A stretch of DNA of 63,488 nucleotides, counting the filler, from Bigelowiella natans CCMP2755 (taxonomy: Eukaryota > Protista > Cercozoa), in assembly GCA_000320545.1 (NCBI GenBank). It is 7 parts of 7 records of this genome, joined end to end, with 100 filler letters (N's around TTAATTAATTAA, not from the genome) between each part and the next. Parts side by side here need not be neighbours in the genome. Positions count along the whole stretch, not along the records: positions 1 to 24,602 come from ADNK01002160.1; 6 more parts are not named here. One strand, written 5' to 3'. This document shows positions 1 through 13,326 of this stretch, piece by piece. Numbering within the stretch: position 1 is the first letter of the stretch; the number at the start of each line of letters is the position of its first letter. A program made the position numbers and the translations under genes. The notes beneath the pieces are model-generated. The model made no database searches, was not told where the DNA came from, and worked only from the letters and a program-made list of their open reading frames with translations.

Positions 1-103
1 GGGGGGGGGGGGGGGGAGATTTCGGTGTTCTCTGCCTTTCAATATCAGACTGTCCAACTAATCAACCAGTCACTGCCACACGCCGTTTGAGATTTATATT
101 TAT

Positions 104-689
104 ATGCAATACGCGACAAAACTTGAAAATAAAAGGCCCAATTCCATGCCGGAGGATAACGTCGTCGTGAAGGGTGCAGACCTGTGCGCGCTGCAAGCCA
201 CGGACGTCTTCATACACGTGTATGATTATGAAAATGATGATAATGATCTTCTTGTTGATGATGTTGATGATAGTGATGATGAGAAGGGGTGTGGGGATGG
301 ATGATAAAGTAATACCTCTGTACATTATACCCACACAAATATATTCCCTCCTCCTCCCCTTCCCTTTCCCACTCCTCTCTTTCTTGCTTCCAGCGGCCGG
401 AAGTCCGGTGCTCCGTTGTATAAAGGGGCATTTTGGGGTTACTACCTCCGGAGGAACTTCACGGCCTGCGACCACACTTGTCCAGCGGTATGACGCTTTG
501 AATGATGATGATGATTGATGATGATGATGGTGGTGATGATGGTGATTGTGATAGAGATGAGAAAAACCTTATCATTATGTTGGTAGCGTCGTTGACTTTG
601 TAGTAGTAGTAGTAGTAGTGGCGGAAAGGGTGAAATTTTAAGCCCACATGCATGTGCGTGGTTGCCTCTCTCTTTCTTCCCACACACCC

Positions 690-738
<49 letters not shown>

Positions 739-743
739 CCTCC

Positions 744-780
<37 letters not shown>

Positions 781-1029
781 ATTGTATATTGATATTTACT
801 ATTTTGCTGACATCAACCTTCCCTCTTCTCTTTCCTTTGCCCGCTTCCAAAGGCAATCCTATGGGAGGTACCAGCACATTTTTCGGACGGCTGTGGGAAG
901 GGGAAGGGGGGGGGGGGCAGTTGCTCTCCAGAGCGTCGTTGATTCAAATTTGGGGAAAATAAAACTGTGGATCCGAAACGAAATCTCACAATAGATGTAT
1001 TCCGTCTGTTTTTTATACTACTGTTGATT

Positions 1030-1072
<43 letters not shown>

Positions 1073-3116
1073 CCTCTCTCTTCCCCCTCTCTCTTCCCCC
1101 TCTCTCTTTTCACTCACGTGTTTAAGATCGCCCCCGCGATGCACGCCAGTAACGAGTCCCTTGCTTTCGTCCAGACGAGTGCATTGAGGTAGAGGAGAAA
1201 AGGGGAGGGAGGGAGAGAGAATCGATAGAGTGTCTAGTAGAGAGGGATGTGGCTGCTATTTGCGAGTAAGCGTTGTTCTTGTCGTTGTGATGGACTGTTG
1301 TTCCGTGTGTGAAAGAGTGTTATGCTTTTCGCCTTCTTCGTCTTATCTCTCTCTCTCACTCATTCTCTAATGATATATGGCGTCTTTAGCGTTCATTCAC
1401 CTTGTTTGTTTCCTGCGAACCTGATGCACAACCGATATTGCGTGCGGTGATGGTGTGCTGCGTGCATGCGTGCGTGCGTGCGTGCGTACACAGGCCGTCC
1501 GAAGTCAACTTGGCCAGTGAAAGGTAACCCCTCACCAAAATCCTTTCACATAGAATCTAGCCTTTCATTAGGAGACCCAAAAAAACCCAAAAAAATCACG
1601 TCGGCGTGTTAGCAGTTAGTGCGCGGGCAACACACACGCGAGCACGCATGCACACGAATATGTAAATATGTGAGTGTCCCGAGTGTGTACGTGTGTGTAC
1701 GCGTGTGCTTATGTCATTCTTTCTCCACCTGCACAAAATAGCTGGTACATCCGCGACTTCGAGGGAATGGCTCGCATCCCATCGTTCAAAGTCTCGAGAG
1801 GTGATTAGGGAGAGGAGGGGGGGGGGGGATCGTGAGAGGAGGTCAGAGGAAGTGCAGAAGGAGCAGGGTCTAGTATATCAAAATAGAAGAAGAAAGAAAG
1901 GGTGAGGGAGGGGGGGGGGGAGAAGGACAGGAACTAGGAAAGATGGAACAAATCCGACACATATATAACAGCGATAAACATGCCTCTCTCCCCCCCCCCC
2001 TTCCTTCCCTTTCAATCTAGCCAACGAGGGTGTAGATCGCATCGATGATATCGTGATCTCGGGCTGCTTTGGAGCTCACGCTGGCATCAACGGCGTGTAC
2101 CGTTATTCCCCCCCTCCCCCCTCCCACCGCGGATATGCGGTCAACCATCGATATGTACCCCTTCTGAACCTGAGGCAGGAGGCGAGCGAGGGCGAGGGGG
2201 CCTTAGGGAAGGATCGGTGTCATTATCTTTTATTTGATTCGGAGCGAAGTCGATGGAGTGTCGTGGTTGCCACCTCTGCTGCGGGGGAGGAGGGTGGGGG
2301 CGGTGGTGGGGAGGAGGAGGAAGAGGTTGCGTTCATGGACGGAGATTCACAACAGGTCAGCTGCTTTCACGTGCTGCAAACTCGCAGATAAGCATCGTTC
2401 TCATCTTCCTTGCCGCTTTTTTTTCCCCCCCCCCCCCCCCCCTCCCCCTCTCAACGCTCTTTCTGTATTCTCTGTGCATACACCACGACACACCCAGTGG
2501 CATGTTGTGGAAACGGTGGTCGATGATAGCGGTAGCTCTGCCTTTACCCCTCGGCGAAGGGTCACGACGAGGCTTGACAACAGCATTCAGCTCATTCCCG
2601 GCGGTAGTATCCCATGCTAACAAAACCAATAGAAAAACTATATTTGACAGTTCCTCCCTCCCCCCCCCCTCAACTTTCAGGCAGAGTATGGCGAACGGGT
2701 GTACTGGAGATACATGTTAGGCACCATCTTCCCCTTTGCCAACTCTGATCTATGCGCCACAACAACGAATTAAATCGGTTTTTTTTTAAACGACTGCTCG
2801 AGGCACTAAGTCTTCGTCTCCCCTTTCCCCACACGCGCTCTGCATTTTCTTCTCGATCGAAAGATTCAATTTCCCCGTCGCCATGGTCACCATCACCGTC
2901 GTCATCGCCTTCCTCTCTCGCTTGCACAGGGTTATCTCGGCTTTGGGTCGGAGTACATCAACGACGTTTACGTGCCGTTCGAGTATGACCCAGCGACGGA
3001 GAAAGAGCAGCAGTATCTGGAGCGTAGGGCTGGGAAGTTCTGCGGGTAAAACTTAGCATTATTTGCCGTACGCCATTCGCAACGAATGTGTGCTGATAAA
3101 TCTGCATTCTCTTCAT

Positions 3117-3157
<41 letters not shown>

Positions 3158-3673
3158 CCCCCCTTCCTCCCCCATTTTTCTCTCTCTCTCTGTCGCGCAT
3201 CTCTTCCTCTTCTCTCTGTCCCTCTCCCCCTCCCCATCGACCTTTCAACACGGCGGCAGGTTCCGAGGCGTGCTCGGGCGATCGTACCTTTACTTCGATC
3301 GAGAGAGGGGGGGGTGGGTGGGGACGAGCGTTCCCCCGCCCCCCACCCCGCTTCGCAACCATCCTGCGGAACGGGGCAGGTCCCCCCGCAAAGACTTTGA
3401 TTTCCTCATTCTCCCCAAAAGGCTGAGTGCAGAGGAGGCTTTCTATGCCGACCCCCACAGTGTCGTGAGCGTGCCATCCGCGGGGGAAGGGGAGGGGGAG
3501 GGGGAAGGGGGGGGGGGGGCGAAAAATGCATTTGTGCGACCATATGACTGGCGGGAGGCCGTGTGGAAGTGCCGCGACTTTCGAGGGAGAGTGGTGAACA
3601 TGGAACCGAAGCCCGTGCTATCGTCCGCAAACGCCACGCTTGTCTGGGATGATGAGCGATCGAGTACGACCAC

Positions 3674-3709
<36 letters not shown>

Positions 3710-3814
3710 TATTTATACCAAGGAAGTATGAATTCTATATATACTTTCAGTTTATGTGCGATTGCTTGCGTAAGTGAACGCTACTATTGTTGTTAACGAA
3801 GTACAAGATCTCTC

Positions 3815-3859
<45 letters not shown>

Positions 3860-4131
3860 CCACTTTCTGTGTCTCCCTGCCTTCCTCCTCCTCCTCCTCC
3901 CTCCCTCCCTCCCTCCCTCACTCACTGACTCCCCCCCCTCTTCTTCTCAAGGATGGTTTCGCAGCGTGCACACGTTCGAAACTAGGCTTGGTGCGAGGAG
4001 ACGGGCACTTTTCGAATTGGTGGGTGGGACGCATTTTATCTTCCTCGGCGACAACGCTCGCTATGATCGTCCTGAGAGATATGCGGCTACTCGATGATGA
4101 TGATGGTGGCTTTGCCGGAGCAGGATATATG

Positions 4132-4166
<35 letters not shown>

Positions 4167-4935
4167 CAATTATCACTTATACATTTTTAACGTGCTAGCG
4201 CATGAATTCTTGCACTAAGAGTGATGTTTTCACAAAATAGGCTCGGTCTCCCTCTTGGATAACGCAGATCTTACGACATCAGCAGCAGCAGCACCACCAA
4301 GACGTGAAGCGGAATGCGGATGATGTCGCTGCGGAGGAGGAGGAGGAGGAGCCGGAGGAGGGAAGTAGCAGTCTCGGGATCTTTATGCAAAGTGAATCCC
4401 GGTGTATGCAGTCTGCTTTTCTTGCGTTGCTGCGAGATGAGCCTCGGTCTCTCCGCACCCCCCTCCAGCTCACGTTCCCTTCCAATGAGCAGAGAAGGGT
4501 GATAGCGCATAGGGAAAGCCACGGCGATAAGAGCACATCGTCGTCGTCGTCGTCGCGCCAATACGTGCTGGTAGCTAAGAGATTCCTCTCCTGGAGATAT
4601 CCTGAGATCATGGTGGAGGGGGAACTGATGCCGTTGCCTGTTGGAGCGAAGGGGGAGGAGGAGGAGGAGGAGGAGCAGCAGCAGCTACAGAAACCACTAC
4701 TACGACGAAGAATCCTTCTGCTAATGCTGTGTCTGATGTTACTCCTGTACGTATTCGAATCTTTGCAAAATCACCGCACACGCCGAGGTGAGATTGTTGT
4801 GTGAAAGAGTCTTCCCCCCCCTTCCTCCCCCCCCCCCTCCTCTCTCCTTTTCTTTCTTTTTGTCTGTCGGAAGCCTAGGGGAGGCATGTTAGCGGCAGTC
4901 ACAATCATAATTTGGACTGGCTGCGAGTGTGTGTG

Positions 4936-4976
<41 letters not shown>

Positions 4977-5327
4977 CCCCTTAAGATGGCTCTCAGCCTC
5001 TTGCTTCCAATTGCAGATTGACACAGCAAATGCTCACCATCTTTTCATCAGAGATTTGGATGATCTATGGTCTCGTAGAAGCCAGTTGCTGGCGATGCAT
5101 GACCTCCTCCTCCCTTCCGCCCACTCTGCCTCCTCGAAGCAATCACCACCGCTATGGAAGCAGCAGCAGCAGCAGCAGCAGGGCCAGCAGCCTTCTTCTT
5201 CCTACCACATTCCAAAGCTGCACCCGTTGTCCAAGTCGTTCCCCAACCTGAATACGATGGGATATCCCGTTGTTCTTGAGGAACTGCCAGTCGAAGAAAG
5301 AATAGGAGGAGGTCAGAATGCAGGTAT

Positions 5328-5368
<41 letters not shown>

Positions 5369-5541
5369 TGTGTGCGCGCGCGCGCGTGTGTGCATGTGTC
5401 GCCCTATCGCCCCCCCAGCACCTGCTTCCCCCCTCCCCTTGTTTTCCCTGTTTCTCCGTCATGTACATGCTGGTCGTGTATGAGACGAGCGGAACGTTTG
5501 TTTCCGGATCCTAGTATGAGGAGAAACGCGTAGGTAAGAGT

Positions 5542-5615
<74 letters not shown>

Positions 5616-6242
5616 TTGTACATGTCAGATTCCCGATCCTCCCCGTTTCGATTCATCCCCGGTGGCGGCGGAGAGGTAACCCAGCTGACGCTCTCGCGTG
5701 TGCTCTCTGGGTTCTCCGAGCTTTTGGAGGAGTTCATATCGGTGGAAGACCTTGAGGCCGCGCAGGCCCTCACAAAGAAGGTGTGAATTACGGCCCTGAC
5801 TTATCATTCTATCCGCGCGACGTATTTTATCTCTTCTTCTTCTTCTTCTTCTTCTTCTTCTTCTTCTGTTACTCAATCAACTCCTTGTCCTCCCTCTCCC
5901 CTTCTCTTTGTAGGATGTGGAGAGTGTGTATCGTGCGGTTACAGTAGGCCTGCGCAGTATGGCGGCCACCATTCTCGATCTCCGAACCCGTCACTTCCGC
6001 CTCAATGCTCGCTGGCTTCGTAATCGCGCTAGTCACCGTCGTCGCCATCATGATGCTGCAGATCACGGTACGCAACCCGCACTACCGAACACAGGAGGCC
6101 ACGTGCTTGTCCCGCTAGGAGCATACGGCGCTCTGGATTGCTTTGAGTATATCGGAGAGGACGATGATGACATCTACTATGTGAGTATGGAGACAAAAGC
6201 AGATCGGGGAAAGGGGGAGGGGAGACTGGGAGGGTGAATAGA

Positions 6243-6282
<40 letters not shown>

Positions 6283-6550
6283 GCGTCTCTCTTTCTCCTT
6301 TCCTCCTCCCTCCCTCTCCCTCTCCTTACTCCGCCTCAACTGCACACATTATACGCATTACAATACCCCGAATCTGGTCAGTACCGCGCTATTGTGTCAA
6401 AACTGTCAAACGAGTACTGAGCTGCATCGTTTCGAACACGTTCCTCCTTACAGAATAAAGAGAAAACGCTGCGGTCACTGAGGTTCCCGTACACGTTAGT
6501 AGCATGGGCTACGAGCGTGCTTGTCAGTCCAAAGGTATTGATAAATTTAG

Positions 6551-6613
<63 letters not shown>

Positions 6614-7194
6614 GAGGAAGGGGAAGGGAGTGAGTAACTAAGAAGTAGAATAGCAGCTCCTCCAACGAAAGGAGAATCACGCTCGGTTTGTCCCACAAAT
6701 GGGGGTAATTTCCTTCCTACAGCTGCCCTGTTCCAACCCGTTCTCTCGAGACCTCCTCATACCAAAATCTCAACCCCCCCTCCTCACCCCCCTGCCCAAT
6801 ACAGGCCCGGATGCTGGCGGAGCACTTCTCGATAGTCTCCAGCACAATCGATCAATTCGAAGGCTTGTCGTTATATTTAACAGGCAGTAGCAGAAATGTA
6901 CTGAGGGGAGTTGGGCAGGCAGGAGAGGGGGGGCAGATAGACCCTGGCAACTTCGACGCAAGTGGCGGTCCACGTTCTCAAATCACCTGCAAAAAGCTGT
7001 TAGAATTGTTGCCCAGCCCTCCTGATGACACGCACACCGAATTTGGCAAACAGACTCAGGGGAAATCTGCGACAATGCTTCATTCCCCCGCTGTTCATCA
7101 ACAGAGAAAGGGCGCATACCCTAGGCTTACTCAGAAGACGAAGATAGACAAGATGGCTCTGCTGGCTGCAATCTCTAAGCCCCTTCCTAGCTAG
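104..7194 (+). CDS. Large multi-exon hypothetical protein (5' end probably outside window)
   Basis: Chain of GT-AG bounded exons separated by microsatellite-rich introns, e.g. IVISGCFGAHAGINGVYRY (2050-2105), SYLYFDRERGGW (~3280), DVESVYRAV (~5914), last exon ARMLAEHF...KPLPS* ending 7194. No family recognised; exon chain incomplete and may be more than one gene. Confidence 0.45.
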
Positions 7195-7804
7195 CAGCAA
7201 CGCAGCATGTGACATGGTGCATCATATGATTTTGTTAAGTTTTTAAATAAATGATGAAAATGATTCCAGATAGAGTTGTAAATAATTGCGCACATCACAT
7301 GGTCGGTGACAGGCACGACGCACATCGTGCATGCACGCAGTTGCGCATCGCTTACGTAACACATAATGACATCTCGAGATAATTGAGATGACAGTTTGCT
7401 TAGCTATATGCATCTCATACTAGACACAGCCAGCACATGCGTATATGCACTGTGCATGTGCGGGTATCGTGTGCATATATGCACAAAAAGTGTAGGATCC
7501 ACGGCGGCTGCTCACATACACTAGTACACATCGCACAATATGTATATCGTGCCGGCAATGAGCACATGTGCTGAGTGCACGTAGACATGTCGCTTATAGG
7601 CATTATTGTGTTGAATGCTAGCTGAGCTACACGCTACGTAGCTCAAATCACATACATGAGAATAATGAATGAATAGATTACATTCTGTCAATGGTCTAAC
7701 AATGTCCTCTAGGAATTTGAACATCTATTTTTGCCGTCTTCTCGCTGTAGGTATTGACCACGTATCCCCACGCTTCAAAACACTCATCCAAACCGGCGGG
7801 AAAC

Positions 7805-8495
7805 TTAGATGGGCTTGATCTGAGAATGAAATTAAAAGTTAGCCTATTTCCAAAGTGGAGAATTTTGAATTTCTTACCTTGAAGTGCATCGAAATGAGAG
7901 AAAATACAAAGCAACGCAGGTCTTGAACGAGGAAGTAAAATAGTTTCAAGCCATCAGGGTCCTTACTGTCTTCAACATCAACCACCGATCCAATTTTAGA
8001 GGTAACGAAGGATATGTGCTGGTTTTTGATGACTATCTCAAGCTCCTGACGACCAACGGAGTCGGGTGAAGGCCAGCTGTTATCGGTTTCCCTTAGAGAT
8101 AAATAAAAATTAGGGGATGAAAGGCTCATGAAGAATTAGTATCTTACTTTGTGATTTCACTGCTTTGAATAATTTTCTTCAGCTCGTCGAGAACTCCAGG
8201 GGCAACCGTAACTAGAAAAGCAAGATATTTTAAGAGAATAGATTCTCCAATTAAAGCAATCGCTGTACCCTCTTTTCGAATCATCATAGCTCCCTTGTAT
8301 TTCGAGTTGTTGGCGTATCGGAGAAGACCATCAGGCCGGAACTCAAATTCGAGGAACTCGTGGCCAAACTTACCCTTGTGACCAACACTGTGAAATTACA
8401 AATTCTATCAGAATTATACATTATAAGTGCGGGATCAGTGGTGGAGGAATTGGCCCTTACTAGTAGCGCACGTAAAACTCTTCGTCGTCGGACAT
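7805..8495 (-). CDS. MAGOH: Mago nashi, exon junction complex core protein
   Basis: 5 exons (8495-8461, 8387-8269, 8211-8148, 8091-7878, 7819-7805), GT-AG introns of 56-73 nt. Translation [43 protein letters not shown]...GRQELEIV...[11 protein letters not shown]...[25 protein letters not shown] is canonical Mago. Confidence 0.98.
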
Positions 8496-9112
8496 GTTCT
8501 TTGTGTCTAGAGCGTTCCCGCTTGCAGTATGTAGGCAATTTGTCAGATCCCAAAAGGCATATATTGCAACAATGAAAAGGATCATTTTGCATTTTGATAC
8601 CCATAAGTGATTGACGTAGGTATAATTTATCACTGTTTTGAATCTATAGCCAAACTTTCATCCGAAAAAAGATCTCTTACGCAATCGGCAATCTCCTCAC
8701 AGATCACAGGTTGCGACGCAAGACGCGATATTGTCGCGATGCAAGAAAGAAATCCTTTTGTGGAAATAATAATACCCGAAGAACCGTAGCAGGATAAGAA
8801 TTCACCGGGGTTCACACCAATGGGGATAAAGCTGCTAAGACACGAGGAGCAATGCTAGAATTAAAAATGTACATATTTATGAAATCTGATTCAGATATAA
8901 ATGGTATATATTATTGCCTCGGTGAACTAATAGTTTGTATTTTCCTAATTCTTCACCCCAGCCCCAGCCCACCCTCGCGGCGGAGGCCATCAATCAAATA
9001 TTCTATCTGATACACGCACCACCGAAGCTTCCTTGCCCCTCGCTGTCTGAAGCAAGCGCGTGCGATTGTACAGATTGGAAGAATTTTTTGTGAGCCTGCA
9101 AACTACCGGAGT

Positions 9113-11515
9113 ATGGACGTCGTCACGTTAGCTTTAGATGCTAAGCGCCTGGATGGTCACTTGCAGAGACTGCTTTCGCACGAAGTGTTTGATCCGAGCG
9201 CGATGAATCTAATCAGCGATGCGTTGCTCCGACTGAAGGGAAACCCAGAAGACAATCTGTCCAGGACGCAGCAACTCTTCCTGCAGATGGTGCTCCGCAT
9301 TCTCGCTAAAATGAACATTCGGCTTGATGAAGTACTTCGCACGATTTCCATTGATCGATACTTGGCACTTCTCCACCAAATGCAGCATCTCTCAGGGAAG
9401 GGAAAGCTTAGCCTCCCGTTGCAGGAGAATCTCTATTGTCACATCCTCCGCCGGATCTCAGGCCGCTGCTTTCGCGTAGACTCTCTCGAGGACACGTTGT
9501 CTAGACAGATCTTAGGCATTCCACAAGAGCTGGAAGTTATTTCTGTTAAATTCGCCCAAGCATCCTACGCAAAGGGGCTCAAAGGTGACGAAGGCGCAAA
9601 AAAAAGGAGGATAAGGCTTCTGATGGAGTGCGGGATCGTGTATTGTACGCACTACCGCTACGACGAAGCTATGAAATATTTCAAGATTTCCGAGGCTCTT
9701 GGAGCCCAAGATGAGGACCTCAAAACGATTAATGGGTTTCGGTTCGTTTGCGAGAGTGTTGGTAAAGGGAAAAACTCCAAACCCAAGCAGGATGTTGATG
9801 ATAATGGTGGCGATGTCAATGTGAATCCTTTTGAAACCGCAATCTCTAAGACAGCCGGGTCAAAGAAGCGAAAGAGACCGCCTCAAAGCAATGGCCTCAC
9901 CACCAGCTCAAGCTCTACCCAAACTAAGGTGATAACGAAAAAGCAAGCCGCCTTTCACCCACTTGACGAACGGGCTTGCGAGGGGATCCTTCAATCTTTC
10001 CAGTATCTCGAAACTGTGGGTGGTAGTCGTGGATATGGGGACCGGGGCAGAGTTCTCACTGCAGTCAGTTCGGTATACTCAAGGGCTATTGGAGAGGAAC
10101 TTAATGGACCAAAGAGCAAACCGATCCCCCCTCCTTCTTTCCGTACCGTTTTGAAGCGGAATGGTATATCAGGGGCGGGGACGGAGATGACCCTGCAAAC
10201 TTGGCAACGGGTAATGAATGAACTTGAGGCCAACGAACACAAGTTGATACCCTTACCGTCGGTTTGTGAATCGGTCGCGTTCCTCCTCTCTGCCGCAAAA
10301 CACATTAAGAGGAAAGAAGGAAGCTGCGCCGCGGAAGAGAAGGGCATGGTACAGCAATGCTTCGAGGATCTGTTCAGACGCACACAACGATACGGTGGCG
10401 ACGGTGACCGAGGGGTGGAAAGGTCAATGACAATGTACGGCGAATGGGCTTTGCGATTGTGCAAGGGGATAGCAGTATTAGTCACCAACACAAAGGAGGC
10501 ATGTTCGTGGTCGTCCCTCAGAGATGATGCGAAATCCGACTTGAACAGCCTAGCCCTCTTGCTGCTTTCCGAGCCCAAGCTGGGTCTCTATATCTCCAGC
10601 AGGCGGCGGGGTAACGAATGGTGCCCGGAGTTCCTGATTTCCTTCCTTAGACACAACCGGGAAGTGTACGAGTATCTGATAGAGTTTGTCTCTGCACTGC
10701 TCGCGCGCGTGCAGGATCGCATTCGCCCTGAACTGGACTTCCCGATCTCCGTTTTCCGCTCGGAATGGTCTTCTATGCACGCGCGCAGGCAGATCCAGGC
10801 GCGCGACATTCTCGCGAAGGTGCAAGTTCCTCGGCGTTGTTGTTCCGCAGATGCGTTGCGGAACTTATTTCGCGTCCTGGGGACCCTCTGTAGCTTCCGA
10901 CGGGTCGATAAGGAGGCGGTGGAAACAGCGTCTTCGGCGCATGTTCGTGGCGCGTGGGTAGGTAGCACCGCGTATACATACGACCTTTTGACTTGCTCAA
11001 TGGTTGAAGCATGCAACGCACGTCCGGAGGCCTCCCTCTCGTATTTTGGCAGTGCGGTCCTGCATTGGTTCAGCATGCGGAATCCGATGGCCGCTGCTAC
11101 GGAAAGCAAAGGAGCATGCCTCCCGGACTTCATTCTCGACGAACGACTGCTCATCACAATCGTCACGTGCCTCATGAGTTTGTCGGAGAACCTATATGCA
11201 GCCATTATTTGCCAATTCTTTGACCCGCCCTTGCGAACATTCGCGGAAAAAGCTCTGAAAAGAAAAAGCTCGAAAGACCTAGACTCTAGCTTGTACCAAC
11301 ACATATTTGACATGCCATTGCTAGAGTCTTTGGTGGTTCTCCATTCTTCTCGAGGAAATGCAGCACAGCGTGAGATAGCTATCAGATCAGTCCAAAATCC
11401 GCTTCTAAACCTTCACAATGAGCTATCTCTTAGAGACGCACACATTGTGCAGATGAAGCTGGAATTCATAGAGAAATTCGCTGAGGCGATGCAGAAAAAA
11501 TACACAACGTTCTAA
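9113..11515 (+). CDS. INTS8: Integrator complex subunit 8 homolog (intronless 800-aa ORF)
   Basis: C-terminus AIICQF...DSSLYQHIFDMPLLESLVVLHSSRGNAAQREIAIRSVQNPLLN...KFAEAMQKKY aligns by eye with the metazoan INTS8 C-terminus (AILCQF...YDYIWDVTILEYLTYLHHKRGETDKRQIAIKAI...FLQAMAKLY). N-terminal DPSAMNLI resembles DPAPVQLI; a TPR-like segment is present. Confidence 0.8.
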   Translation: MDVVTLALDAKRLDGHLQRLLSHEVFDPSAMNLISDALLRLKGNPEDNLSRTQQLFLQMVLRILAKMNIRLDEVLRTISIDRYLALLHQMQHLSGKGKLSLPLQENLYCHILRRISGRCFRVDSLEDTLSRQILGIPQELEVISVKFAQASYAKGLKGDEGAKKRRIRLLMECGIVYCTHYRYDEAMKYFKISEALGAQDEDLKTINGFRFVCESVGKGKNSKPKQDVDDNGGDVNVNPFETAISKTAGSKKRKRPPQSNGLTTSSSSTQTKVITKKQAAFHPLDERACEGILQSFQYLETVGGSRGYGDRGRVLTAVSSVYSRAIGEELNGPKSKPIPPPSFRTVLKRNGISGAGTEMTLQTWQRVMNELEANEHKLIPLPSVCESVAFLLSAAKHIKRKEGSCAAEEKGMVQQCFEDLFRRTQRYGGDGDRGVERSMTMYGEWALRLCKGIAVLVTNTKEACSWSSLRDDAKSDLNSLALLLLSEPKLGLYISSRRRGNEWCPEFLISFLRHNREVYEYLIEFVSALLARVQDRIRPELDFPISVFRSEWSSMHARRQIQARDILAKVQVPRRCCSADALRNLFRVLGTLCSFRRVDKEAVETASSAHVRGAWVGSTAYTYDLLTCSMVEACNARPEASLSYFGSAVLHWFSMRNPMAAATESKGACLPDFILDERLLITIVTCLMSLSENLYAAIICQFFDPPLRTFAEKALKRKSSKDLDSSLYQHIFDMPLLESLVVLHSSRGNAAQREIAIRSVQNPLLNLHNELSLRDAHIVQMKLEFIEKFAEAMQKKYTTF

Positions 11516-12274
11516 ATAAAGATGGCGCATCTATCTAATAGTATTATTGATGAAGTTCTGCTCTATAGCGGGCGGAGTTAGAGTTGGCATTTCACTAATG
11601 AATAAATGAAACCTCGAATTGCATCATGCATCACGGACAATGTACAGTACCTGAATATATGGAACCGTCAACATGAGTGTAGTAAGCTGTGATTATTGGT
11701 GCATTTAAAACCACTGTCGTAACTCTGCGTACAATGATGACAAATGCAACTTCAATGCATACGCATGTTCAGAAACACCGATCCTTAGCGAGCATCGTGA
11801 GTCGTGCATCGTGCGTCGCATGTCGCATGTCACACGCATTGCGAACCAAACACATTACATGGTTCGTCATAAAAGGTCATTGGACGATTCGATGTAGTCT
11901 GCATTCAATTATTATTACCCATGCCCATGCTAGCATGCCAGATTCGCGGCAACGATCATCACCAAGACTTATTAGCTATATCGCATGCTTTGCTAAAACA
12001 ACTCGGCTTGTGGTTTTCCATTGTAATGACCAGCCATGCACAGGAATAGCATAGCATATGCGCGGGAATACGCTATATGCTTTCGGCCATAACCGAGGGG
12101 CTATTCATGTACACATATTCATCTAGTCATGCCTATCGAAGTCTAAACGTATAATTTACATATATATATATAAATCATATACATTTATTTCGTTACATCC
12201 GTCTCGTACATGCATATGACTGTAGCTACGCGCGCCTACACGTATAATCTGCACGCATATAAATATAAAAATAC

Positions 12275-12316
<42 letters not shown>

Positions 12317-12397
12317 TTTATATGCTATTTCGTAATATATACAGCATTAAAAAAAAGCACGTCATTTTTATATTAGTATATTTATAAAATTATATTT

Positions 12398-12437
<40 letters not shown>

Positions 12438-12854
12438 AAAAATATGGAAGTGAGAGAGGGGGGAGAGAGACCGACCAATGTAATGTACATATGCTATATA
12501 TTTTACTTATATCGATAATAATTGTAATTTTGGCGGTTGTAATATCCCTGGCCGCAAAGCCAAAAATGATGCACTTGCCATCGAAGTATATTCAAACTAC
12601 TTACTTTTCCGCAATTACTTGATGAGCTGTAATGACTTATTGGCATCTCTATATATTTGTAAGCTGTCGCTCGCACAATACTTCTGAAACTGTTTGGTCT
12701 AGCAATTGTATTGCTACATAGTAATCTGGATAGCTGTAGGTTGCTCTCAATTCTTACATAAATTTCACCATATGTATGGTTCTTGCAGTTCCCTTTTTCT
12801 AACTATTCCTTTTACTTCACGAGTTAAATCGTAAAAAAATGTGACTACTTCTGA

Positions 12855-13326
12855 TCACTTCCTTCCCCCGAAAAGATCTTCGTAGTTGCTCAAGCCGGTG
12901 GAAGATCTTCTCTGGCGAAACTTCCATGCCGGCTTCATGTGTAAAGGTGTGTCTTCTTGGATCAGTTTCACAGGCATTGGGCTTTCGATGAAGTATGAAG
13001 ACCTGAAGAAACAGTGAGTTGTTATGTTTGCGTCCCTGCGCTTTTGAACATCATCATTCACCATCACGCGCAACTTGTGTTATGAGTTTGGAGTTGTGCG
13101 AAGAAGAACAGGGTATGAACTGTTCAAAGGAGAGAACCCCATGCGATCTCGAAGCGCATTTTAAAAAATAAAACCGCATCGATTTGCATTGGAATAGGAG
13201 CAGGCCTTACCCATCAGATTGCACGATCCTGATCTTATTCATCTTGTAGCCTTTGATCGTCTTGATTCCCCGTCTCGGCAGGGTGAAGTGGCTCCGCAAG
13301 CCGCGGGCAAGCCAGGCGCCATGCAT
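12855..13326 (-). CDS. Mitochondrial ribosomal protein bL31m-like
   Basis: 2 exons (13326-13211, 13002-12855): MHGAWLARGLRSHFTLPRRGIKTIKGYKMNKIRIVQSDG|SSYFIESPMPVKLIQEDTPLHMKPAW... Arg-rich presequence plus a V-x-SDGS...LIQ-x-D...P-x-W pattern as in bL31m. Confidence 0.6.

Noticed and set aside
459-994. Many ORF-track entries with HTHT/ERER/LSLS/YIYI runs
   Set aside because: Translations of intronic microsatellites.
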